From Calothrix sp. NIES-4105 (lineage in GTDB: Bacteria > Cyanobacteriota > Cyanobacteriia > Cyanobacteriales > Nostocaceae): DNA of 48,000 bases. A model generated the notes under the pieces. The model was given only the letters and a program-made list of their open reading frames with translations, made no database searches and had not been told where the DNA came from. Position numbers and translations under genes: made by a program. The number at the start of each line of letters is the position of its first letter. The stretch's first letter is position 1. Of this stretch, positions 19,483 to 27,398 are shown piece after piece. The stretch is from assembly GCA_002368415.1 (NCBI GenBank), contig AP018290.1, positions 6,887,717 through 6,935,716 on the forward strand, written 5' to 3'.

Positions 19483-20577
19483 CTATCCAATATCACCGAA
19501 GTGATCCATCACCCAAGTTTCTGAATAAACTGTGTCAAGATAGCGTTCACCACGGTCGCAAAGAATAGCAGCACAAATGGCGCCGACTGGTATCTCTTTG
19601 CGTTTTTTATCAATAGCGCTTATAACTGCTCCTGATGAACCTCCTGCTAATATTGCCTCAGTGCGAAGTAGGTGACGACAGCCTAAAATGCAGTCAATAT
19701 CAGTGACATGTATAACTTCATCTTGGAGTCCAGGTTGGAACAACTCAGGAACGCGCGCTGCACCATGTCCAGGAATGAGTCTTTTACCTCGTTTGTCACC
19801 AAAAATAACGCTGCCTTTCGCATCAACAGCAATAATTTTTGTGTTGAGATTGTGACTTTTAATATATTCAGCGCAACCACGGAGTGTGCCACAGCTACCA
19901 GCAGCAAGGAATAAATAGTCTAAATTGCCATTAAGAGCAGTAACAATTTCGTGCATTGTTTGATGATGCGCGCGTGCGTTATTCAAGTTGGCATACTGAT
20001 TAGACCAAAAGCTATTAGGAATTGAGGCAAGCAATGACTGGACTCGTGCAATACGCGCGGGCAAAAAGTCACCTGTTACAGGGTCAGGTTCGGCTACAAG
20101 TTCAACTTGCGCTCCATAAGCTTTGAGAATATTGATATTTGGTAGAGTAGTTTTAGGGTCAATTACACATATAAAACGTAAGCCAAGAACAGCACATGCT
20201 TGCGCCAATCCAATACCTAAATTTCCCGAACTCGATTCAATAATTGTGTCTCCAGGTTGAATATCCCCTTTCTCAAACGCATTCATTAACATATTTAAAG
20301 CTGGACGGTCTTTAACGCTACCTCCTGGATTAAACATTTCCAACTTAGCGAAAAGTTGAAAGTGAGCATTTTTGAAAACATTAACTAACTTCACTAGTGG
20401 TGTATTACCAACTATTGATAAAATACCAGTATTCAAGCCGCTTATATTTGCTTTTGAAGAGACACTTACTTTATCTAATACTTGCATTTTCTTAGTAGAA
20501 CTTTTGATTTTAGGACTTGTGAAAGAATTTGACTGAGTAAAAGTAGATGATTTAGTTTTGAGCGTTGGGGATGACAT
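19483..20577 (-). CDS. sbnA: SbnA-type PLP-dependent enzyme (cysteine synthase fold), L-2,3-diaminopropionate synthesis.
   Basis: The motifs 'GNTPLVKL...KLEMFNPGGSVKDRPA' (PLP lysine), 'ESSSGNLGIGLA' and a C-terminal 'GGSSGA' are present. The gene sits directly upstream of sbnB in the same operon. The first ~30 codons are S/T/K-rich, so the true start may be the ATG at 20487. Confidence 0.75.
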   Translation of the reverse strand: MSSPTLKTKSSTFTQSNSFTSPKIKSSTKKMQVLDKVSVSSKANISGLNTGILSIVGNTPLVKLVNVFKNAHFQLFAKLEMFNPGGSVKDRPALNMLMNAFEKGDIQPGDTIIESSSGNLGIGLAQACAVLGLRFICVIDPKTTLPNINILKAYGAQVELVAEPDPVTGDFLPARIARVQSLLASIPNSFWSNQYANLNNARAHHQTMHEIVTALNGNLDYLFLAAGSCGTLRGCAEYIKSHNLNTKIIAVDAKGSVIFGDKRGKRLIPGHGAARVPELFQPGLQDEVIHVTDIDCILGCRHLLRTEAILAGGSSGAVISAIDKKRKEIPVGAICAAILCDRGERYLDTVYSETWVMDHFGDIG

Positions 20578-21062
20578 GCTTTGACTTCCTTGTAAAATTA
20601 GAGTTTGAATACTATTGAGACTGTAGGGCTACTGTCTGATTTTTGAATTACACGTAGGGTGGGCATTGCCCACCTTACAAAAACTTAGATTTTTCAAAAA
20701 TAAAACCGGATTCCCATATTTGTGAAATAACAGCACAGCTTTAAAATTTTAGACACAGTGGTAAGTGAATTTACTGTTTGACTATATAAATAAAATCCTT
20801 ACCTTAAAAGCAAAGCGGCAGTGAAACACAAATCAACTTTGCTTACATCTTTGTACAGGGACAGCAAAATCAAGTTATGCACTAATCGACTCGCTAAAAA
20901 CAAAAAAAGATTGAAAAGCTTATGGTTCCTACCTAAAATCGTTATATGCGTTGGTGATAAGCTTTCTTTACATACCTTGTATGTCTTTTGCATTATATAG
21001 TACAAATATCAAGTGGTACTAGAAATTCCGTCATCTCACGCTACGATGATCAAAAGTGTTAC

Positions 21063-21320
21063 ATGGAGAAAACACCTGTGAAACTAGATCGTATCACTAT
21101 CAATCCTGCTCGGATGAATGGACAACCGTGTATTCGAGATTTACGGCTAACTGTACGTCGCGTTATTGAATTACTGGCAACCTACCCTAACCGAGAGGAA
21201 TTGTACCAAGAGTTTCCAGAGTTAGAAGATGAAGATATTCGGCAATCACTAATTTACGCTTCTATCTGTCTCGACGATCGTATCATTGACCTCCCTTCAA
21301 GCTATGAAACTGTTGCTTGA
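21063..21320 (+). CDS. DUF433-type small antitoxin-like protein.
   Basis: 'ITINPARMNGQPCIRDLRLTVRRVIELLA...EELYQEFPELEDEDIRQSLIYA' is the DUF433 pattern. I place the start at the ATG at 21063 rather than the track start. Confidence 0.7.
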   Translation: MEKTPVKLDRITINPARMNGQPCIRDLRLTVRRVIELLATYPNREELYQEFPELEDEDIRQSLIYASICLDDRIIDLPSSYETVA

Positions 21321-21777
21321 TCCAAAAATCCAGCATCAGCAACAAGTATACGCTAGAACTAAAAAAGAAAAAAGGACAAAGAGCCGTTGCTGTGAGTCAA
21401 ATAAAGTCTATGAAGTAGATGTTCCATATACTGAAACAGTGTCTTACTATGAAATTGATTTACAATTGACTTGTCAAGGGATTCAGCAAAAAATAGACTT
21501 ACAAGTTCAGAATAACATCGAGTTGCTTGAGCGCGTTATTGAAAAACAAATATCAGAGGATTTTCAAAAAGGCGAAAAGCAAATTAATAACTATATTGAC
21601 CGATTTCAGGCTGAATTTGACTACTTGCTGAAGGAACGAGCAACTAGGGAAGTAGAGGCGCCTAATATTATTGCTCATCTTGAAAGTCAAAGAATCGAAT
21701 TAAGTGAATATCTTAATGAATTGGAGTTAATTGAAGAAAAGCTCAATAATTGGAAACCTGTAACCTCCGGAAAATAA
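21304..21777 (+). pseudogene. Chimera: the first 6 codons of a DUF5615-type toxin partner (MKLLLD) fused to the C-terminal coiled-coil part of an unrelated protein (dynamin-family-like).
   Basis: 'ATGAAACTGTTGCTTGAT' overlaps the DUF433 stop, as in intact DUF433/DUF5615 pairs. After codon 6 the sequence has no PIN-like features and turns into a K/E/Q-rich coiled coil. Confidence 0.45.
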
Positions 21778-21799
21778 TTTTACGCTGTCTTAAATTATT

Positions 21800-21829
21800 G
21801 TAGAGACGCGATTGAACCCTTGTCTCTAC
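21800..21829. repeat. Degenerate intergenic copy of the GTAGAGACGCG palindrome family.
   Basis: The sequence is 'gtagagacgcgattgaacccttgtctctac'. Confidence 0.7.
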
Positions 21830-22117
21830 ACAATTTGTGGAGATGTCTAATACTACTCGCACGCTGAAATTTACTCTAATTATCTTATTTGAGTTTGATA
21901 CAGTATAAATCAATGTTTAAAGTATGTCGCGTAGTTCAATAAACTGTTCAGTTAACCCTAAATTTTTAAAATGATTTTGAGCAGCATCGGAAATAAATCT
22001 AAATCGCACCCAATTTAGTACAAAATAATTACTTGCTTCTAAAAATCAGTTCAATCGTATTGACGTTTCGGTGCAATTGTTCTATAGGTAAAATTAGAAA
22101 AGAAAGAAGCAAGTTCT

Positions 22118-22459
22118 ATGACAAACGCAGACCAACCACAAGATATAACAGCACGTTTAGACGATATAAATGTGCGACTAGAAGCACTGGGTGATGAATT
22201 AGACCTAGTTCGCACGGTTCAGGACAGCATGAGACGAGAAGTACGATACACAAACCAAAGTATGTCGCGCTTAGAACGAACTGTTGCAGACCTCGCTGAT
22301 ATAGCGCGTGACCACCAGCAAGCATTGCGGCTTCTTTCTCAAAATGCTGAACGTGACCGAGAAACAATTAACAATGACCGCGCAGTATTTCAGGCAGAAA
22401 TTAGGCGCATTTGGGAATACTTATTACGGCAGGGTGGTAACGGTAACAGTCCCGTGTAA
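22118..22459 (+). CDS. Hypothetical coiled-coil protein (113 aa).
   Basis: This is a clean ORF with heptad-like R/E/L/D composition. I cannot assign a family. Confidence 0.5.
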   Translation: MTNADQPQDITARLDDINVRLEALGDELDLVRTVQDSMRREVRYTNQSMSRLERTVADLADIARDHQQALRLLSQNAERDRETINNDRAVFQAEIRRIWEYLLRQGGNGNSPV

Positions 22460-22481
22460 AAAAAGGCACCAGTCTACGAAC

Positions 22482-25400
22482 TTATATTTCATCTTTTTTC
22501 AACGAGGATAATTTCATTCGCCGACTGTCGCGAGAAATTGGTACTAGTGCAGGCGCCTGACTTTTAGCATTACTATCTTTCAAGCTTTCCACGACTTTAG
22601 ATAATCCTGCAATTGTCGGCGCCTCAAATACATTACTTAAAGGCAACTCGACTTTAAAAGCATCGCGCACTCTAGAAGCAAGCTGAGTTGCTAATAAAGA
22701 ATGACCACCTAATTCAAAGAAGTTATCATGAATACCGCAACGCTTAATTCCTAAAACCTCAATAAAAATTTTGACTAAAGTCTTCTCAACATCGCTTCGG
22801 GGAGCAATATAAGCTTCTGAAAATTCTTTCTTAATCGTATCAGGCTGAGGTATTGCGTGACGGTCTATTTTACCTGCTTGATTAACGGGTAATGATTCTA
22901 GTACTATAAAAGCGGATGGCACCATATACTTTGGTAGTTTTTGTGCTAAGTACGTCTGTAGTTGGGGTATTATTTTACGCGCGGCTTTTGCTTGTAAAGG
23001 GTTATTAGAGTGCTGAGTGCTGAGTGCTGAGTGCTGAGTAGTTAGTTGAGTAATTGTTGGTTTATTTATTATGTCTTGTCTTAGAAACAGTATGTCATAG
23101 CGTCCTTCGGTATTAGAATTTGACCAGCTAATATTAATGCTGTAAGGTAGTTCGTTAACTAAGGCACAAAAATCTTCTGGGTCTACTCCTAAGTTTTCGA
23201 GTCGTTGTAATGCTTCGCGCATCTGACTTACTGTTTTATATTCTTCGGCGCCTGATATCCATTGTGCTGTTTTAACTGCTGCTGTTACGCGCGCGTTTGG
23301 TACGTTGGTAATATGTAAAATTTCTGGTTTTTCACTTAGCAGTTGACGCAATGTGAGGAGTGATAAATTATTTTCGTTCCAGTCTAGAATTGATCCCCCC
23401 TGCCCCCCTTGATAAGGGGGGTTCTGAGTAAGATTGTTGAGCGCCCCTTGTTGAGTAGGGTTTTGAGTTACATTCTTAAGCCCCCCTTGATAAGGGGGGT
23501 TGGGGGGATCAACTTCGCCAACTTTAACAATGGCATTATAACGATATCGAGTTAATTCATTGTCATCACGACCGCGCAATAATTGTATTTCGACATCACT
23601 AATTTGAGGAAAGCGCTGTTTTAATGCATAGAAAAAAGCAGGGTCAATTACTAACTCTGTTTCTTGGAAAATTTGCATTTGCACTCGTTGCCGTAACTGT
23701 TCACGAGTAACGGAAGGTTCTGCTTGATACAGTTCCACTTCTGCATGAAACGCTTCCAACAGTGGCAAAGAGCGCACATCCCCTATAAATATAAACCCAC
23801 CTGGAGCAGTTGCTTGGATGGCGCCTTCTAATACTTGTGTTAGATAATCAATGCTGGGAAAATACTGTACAACCGAGTTGAGAACTACTGCATCAAAAGC
23901 TTGTGTTTCTATTCCTTCAAAATCAGTAGCCATTTTCTCAAACAATGTTACCCGTTGTTGTAGAGACGCGATTAATCGCGTCTTTACATGTTTAGTCTCT
24001 ACATTTGCTAACTGTTGACGGATGTAATTAAGCGAAACACTAGAAAAGTCTGTCCCATAGTATTTAGTGCAGTGAGGTGCAATTCTAAATAATAGTAATC
24101 CTGTTCCACAGCCAATTTCTAATACTCGACTGGGTTGTAAAGCTAAAATTTGCGCTACTTGATTATTTACCCACTCACGTACAGACTCTGCTGGTATTGG
24201 CGCCTTTGTATAACTGCTATTCCAGCCTACTATATTAAATGTTGGGTCTGATTCAGTAGCATGTTGATTATAAGTTTCGTTATACAGCATCTGCCACTGG
24301 CAAATTTGCTCATCTAATAGTGAGTCGTGTAGAGACGCGACATGTCGCGTCTCTACAGAAGTTTTGTTGAGAACTATGTAGGCTATTAGTGAATGTTGAG
24401 ATGTGGTATTTTGCGTTGTTACTACGGCTTGTTGTACTGCTGGATGCTGATTTAATATGGCTTCGATTTCTTCTAACTCTATACGATAACCTCGTATTTT
24501 TACTTGATTATCAACACGACCTAAAAATTCGATATTGCCATCTTGTAAATATCGTCCTAAATCACCCGTTTTATAAATTTTTTTGTGGGATGAACTATTG
24601 TGGAAGTCTCCTGTATTAACACCAGGCGGGCAAGGATGCCCACTCCACAAGATGTTTGTTAATTCTGGATTATTTATATAACCGCGCGTTAGTCCATCTC
24701 CTGCTATGTATAATTCACCTTTTACACCAATTGGTACGAGTTGTAAATGCTCATCAAGTATGTAAACTTGTGTGTTCGCTATTGGACGACCTATTGTAGG
24801 AATATTGCCAGAGGTTGTTACAACTGTATTTTCTGTGGGGCCATAATTATTGACAATGGCAAAAGGATACTCAGTTGCAGGATAATAATTAAGTTTGTCC
24901 CCACCTGTTAGTAATATTCGTAACTTGGTTGCTTTATTTGACCAATCTAATAATAAAAGTCTCTCACATAGAGGTGTTGGTACAAAGCTAATTGTAATTG
25001 CGTTATTATTTAGCCATTCTTGCAGTTGTTCAGGCGCCCGTCTCGTATTATCATCTGGAAAATATAGCGTTGCTCCTGCACTTAAATAAGGAAATATTTC
25101 CCAGACACAAGCATCAAATGCTACAGAAGCAATCTGTGTTGCTCGGTCTTGAGGTGAGATACAGAAAGCTTTTTGATGCCAATACACAAGATTTAGTAAC
25201 GCGCGGTGTTCTATTTGAACTCCTTTAGGTTTTCCTGTTGAACCAGAAGTATAAATAACGTAAGCAAGGTTATCAACTGTAATATTACTATGAGGATTTT
25301 CTTGGCTTTCTTGAGCGATAGTTTCCCAATCTTTATCTAAACAAATTATTTGTAACTCATGTTCACCAAGATGTTCTACCCATTGTTGTTGAGTTAACAC

Positions 25401-27398
25401 AATTTTAACTTGGGCATCTTCTAGCATATAGTTCAAACGCGCGGTTGGGTAGCTAGGGTCTAAAGGTAAATAAGCACCACCCGCTTTGAGAATACCAAGC
25501 ATTCCCGCGACTAAATCAATTGAACGGTCTACACATAGTGCAACTATAACCGAGGCGCCGACACCTAATTTTTGTAAATAATGCGCTATTTGGTTGCTGC
25601 GGATGTTTAATTCACCGTAATGTAGAGACGCGACATGTCGCGTCTTTACAATATTGGCAGGAGACGGGAAATTTTGCGTCTTTACAATATCGGGAGGAGA
25701 CGCGAAGTTTACCTGCGGTACACTCCGTGAACGCGTCTCTACATTTAGGAACATTAACGCTAATGCATCTGGGTTTTGGTTTACTTGCTCTTCAAATAAC
25801 TGATGAATGCATCTATCTTGAGGATAATCTACATGAGTATTATTCCACTCTACTAACAACTGGTGTTGCTCTGCTTGGGTTAAAAGTGGTAAGTTTGCTA
25901 TACGTTGCTCTGGATTATTTACAATACCTTCGAGTAAGACTTGAAAATGTCCTAGCATTCGGGTAATTGTAGCTTCATCAAATAAATCAGTACTGTAAAT
26001 TATAAAACCGCTAATTCCTTCTGAGTTTACCCATACGTTTTCACCCTCCCATAAATGGAATTCTAAATCAAATCGCGTCGTTTCATATTCTAGTTGTAAT
26101 GGACTCAAAGTCAAACCAGGTAACTCTAAGGTTGACTGGGGTGCATTTTGCATTGCGAATACTACTTGAAACAGAGGGTTTTGATTCAAGTTTCGCTCTG
26201 GATGCAGTAATTCTACCAGCTTTTCAAACGGCAAATCTTGATTTTGATAGGCGCCTAAAGCAACTTCTCGAACTCGATATAATAACTCTTTAAAAGTTGG
26301 ATTGCCTGATAAATCTGTACGCAATACTAAACTATTGACAAAAAAGCCAATTAACCCTTCTACTTCACTGCGGTTACGGTTGGCAATGGGTGAACCAATG
26401 GCTATATCATCTTGCCCAGTGTAGCGGTAAAGTAAAATTTGGAATGCTGCCAGTAAGGTAATAAATAAAGTTACTCCTTCTTGCTGTGAAAGAGTTTTTA
26501 GTGCTTGACTTAGCTGTGCAGGCAATTGTAGAAATTTTCTTTTGCCTTTATAAGTTGCTACTTCTGGTCTTGGTCTATCTGTTGGTAAATTTAATACTGA
26601 AATATTATCTAAATGATGGCGCCAGTAATTTAAGAGGTTTTGTAATACTTCTCCTTGGAGATATTGACGTTGCCAACGCGCGAAGTCTGCATATTGAATG
26701 GGTAATTCGGGTAATGATATATTTTCGTAAAATGCTGCAATTTCTTTAATTAACACTCCTATTGACCAACCATCGGAAATAATATGGTGCAGATTAATCA
26801 GCAATATATACTTAGTGTCATCTAACTGAAGTAGTATTATACGTAGTAAAGAACCTGTTGATAAATTAAAAGGACGTTGAACTTCTTGAGTAATTAGCTG
26901 TTGCGCTTGTGCAAAACGCTCTCCTTTTGCCAGGTGACGTAAATCTATTACTTTTAAAGGTGTTTGTAATTTAGGTGCAATGATTTGAATTGGTTGTTCT
27001 TGCAGTAATACAAAATTGGTACGTAAAGCATCATGGCGCCGAATTATTTCTTGAAAAGTAAATTGAAGCGCTTTTATATCTAGTGTACCTGTGAGACGAA
27101 GGGCGAAGGGGACATTATAAAAAGGATTGTTAGGTACTAACTGGTCAAGAAACCACAACCGCTGTTGAGCAAAAGAAAGAGGAGGGTTTGCTTCCCGTAA
27201 AGGTAGTATTTGAGTATTAGTGTAACTAGTTGTATTTGTTTTTAAAAGGGCAATAATTTCAGGTTTGCGTTTTTGAATTTCCGCGCGTAGTTCGGGTGTT
27301 AGCGTTCCTTCTTTTGCATGGGCGCGCAGACTGAAGCCTTCGGCTACAATTTGGATATCTAGTTGGCGAAGGTAAGATAAAAATTCAATTGTATTCAA
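22482..27398 (-). CDS. NRPS with architecture docking-C-A(N-MT)-T. The A-domain pocket reads as Leu.
   Basis: The TTG start overlaps the upstream gene's stop (TTGA). The N-terminal 'EFLSYLRQLDIQIVAEGFSLRAHAKEGTLTPELRAEIQKRKPEIIALL' is TubC-N-type docking. The C domain carries LSFAQQRLWFLDQ..LHHIISDGWS. A-domain cores are present and the PCP is FFELGGHSLLATQLASR. My by-eye Stachelhaus residues are D-A-W-F-L-G-N-V-V-K. Confidence 0.95.
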   Translation of the reverse strand: MNTIEFLSYLRQLDIQIVAEGFSLRAHAKEGTLTPELRAEIQKRKPEIIALLKTNTTSYTNTQILPLREANPPLSFAQQRLWFLDQLVPNNPFYNVPFALRLTGTLDIKALQFTFQEIIRRHDALRTNFVLLQEQPIQIIAPKLQTPLKVIDLRHLAKGERFAQAQQLITQEVQRPFNLSTGSLLRIILLQLDDTKYILLINLHHIISDGWSIGVLIKEIAAFYENISLPELPIQYADFARWQRQYLQGEVLQNLLNYWRHHLDNISVLNLPTDRPRPEVATYKGKRKFLQLPAQLSQALKTLSQQEGVTLFITLLAAFQILLYRYTGQDDIAIGSPIANRNRSEVEGLIGFFVNSLVLRTDLSGNPTFKELLYRVREVALGAYQNQDLPFEKLVELLHPERNLNQNPLFQVVFAMQNAPQSTLELPGLTLSPLQLEYETTRFDLEFHLWEGENVWVNSEGISGFIIYSTDLFDEATITRMLGHFQVLLEGIVNNPEQRIANLPLLTQAEQHQLLVEWNNTHVDYPQDRCIHQLFEEQVNQNPDALALMFLNVETRSRSVPQVNFASPPDIVKTQNFPSPANIVKTRHVASLHYGELNIRSNQIAHYLQKLGVGASVIVALCVDRSIDLVAGMLGILKAGGAYLPLDPSYPTARLNYMLEDAQVKIVLTQQQWVEHLGEHELQIICLDKDWETIAQESQENPHSNITVDNLAYVIYTSGSTGKPKGVQIEHRALLNLVYWHQKAFCISPQDRATQIASVAFDACVWEIFPYLSAGATLYFPDDNTRRAPEQLQEWLNNNAITISFVPTPLCERLLLLDWSNKATKLRILLTGGDKLNYYPATEYPFAIVNNYGPTENTVVTTSGNIPTIGRPIANTQVYILDEHLQLVPIGVKGELYIAGDGLTRGYINNPELTNILWSGHPCPPGVNTGDFHNSSSHKKIYKTGDLGRYLQDGNIEFLGRVDNQVKIRGYRIELEEIEAILNQHPAVQQAVVTTQNTTSQHSLIAYIVLNKTSVETRHVASLHDSLLDEQICQWQMLYNETYNQHATESDPTFNIVGWNSSYTKAPIPAESVREWVNNQVAQILALQPSRVLEIGCGTGLLLFRIAPHCTKYYGTDFSSVSLNYIRQQLANVETKHVKTRLIASLQQRVTLFEKMATDFEGIETQAFDAVVLNSVVQYFPSIDYLTQVLEGAIQATAPGGFIFIGDVRSLPLLEAFHAEVELYQAEPSVTREQLRQRVQMQIFQETELVIDPAFFYALKQRFPQISDVEIQLLRGRDDNELTRYRYNAIVKVGEVDPPNPPYQGGLKNVTQNPTQQGALNNLTQNPPYQGGQGGSILDWNENNLSLLTLRQLLSEKPEILHITNVPNARVTAAVKTAQWISGAEEYKTVSQMREALQRLENLGVDPEDFCALVNELPYSINISWSNSNTEGRYDILFLRQDIINKPTITQLTTQHSALSTQHSNNPLQAKAARKIIPQLQTYLAQKLPKYMVPSAFIVLESLPVNQAGKIDRHAIPQPDTIKKEFSEAYIAPRSDVEKTLVKIFIEVLGIKRCGIHDNFFELGGHSLLATQLASRVRDAFKVELPLSNVFEAPTIAGLSKVVESLKDSNAKSQAPALVPISRDSRRMKLSSLKKDEI
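23008..23039. repeat. Heptamer tandem repeat (gagtgct x ~4), in frame in the NRPS.
   Basis: 'gagtgctgagtgctgagtgctgagtgctgag' encodes QHSALSTQHS. It is an STRR-like heptamer array. Confidence 0.8.
23392..23510. repeat. ~119-bp inverted-repeat element lying in frame inside the N-MT domain.
   Basis: The ends are 'gatcccccc' and 'ggggggatc'. There are two internal 'cccccttgataagggggg' hairpins. It encodes DPPNPPYQGGLKNVTQNPTQQGALNNLTQNPPYQGGQGGS. Related copies occur in the intergenic stretch 12308-12440. Confidence 0.8.
23960..23987. repeat. Palindrome-family copy, in frame in the N-MT domain (KTRLIASL).
   Basis: The sequence is 'gtagagacgcgattaatcgcgtctttac'. Confidence 0.85.
24329..24356. 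repeat. Perfect 28-nt palindrome, in frame at the A8/N-MT boundary (VETRHVASL).
   Basis: The sequence is 'gtagagacgcgacatgtcgcgtctctac'. Confidence 0.9.
25622..25742. repeat. Composite of ~3 palindrome-family units, in frame just before A-domain core A1.
   Basis: The run goes from 'gtagagacgcgacatgtcgcgtctttac' through to 'gaacgcgtctctac'. It encodes VETRSRSVPQVNFASPPDIVKTQNFPSPANIVKTRHVASL. Confidence 0.8.

Larger units (their letters stand above)
23090..24320 (-). other. N-methyltransferase domain embedded between A8 and A9 of the A domain.
   Basis: 'GWNSSYT..PIPAESVREWV', 'VLEIGCGTGLLL' (SAM motif), 'NSVVQYFP' and 'NELTRYRYNAIV' (NRPS N-MT core M2) are all present. Confidence 0.85.

Noticed and set aside
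20580-20990. A Fur box or other iron-responsive operator upstream of sbnA, which would support a siderophore role.
   Set aside because: I could not find a convincing GATAATGATAATCATTATC-like 19-mer by eye. No TonB-receptor or siderophore-export genes are in the window.
18356-27398. Link to BMAA (N-methyl-Dap) biosynthesis, because Dap genes and an N-methyltransferase occur in one cluster.
   Set aside because: The N-MT domain is embedded in the module whose pocket reads as Leu, not in the acidic-pocket module next to sbnAB. NRPS N-MT domains methylate the alpha-amino group of the tethered residue, not a beta-amine. The sequence gives no support for this link.
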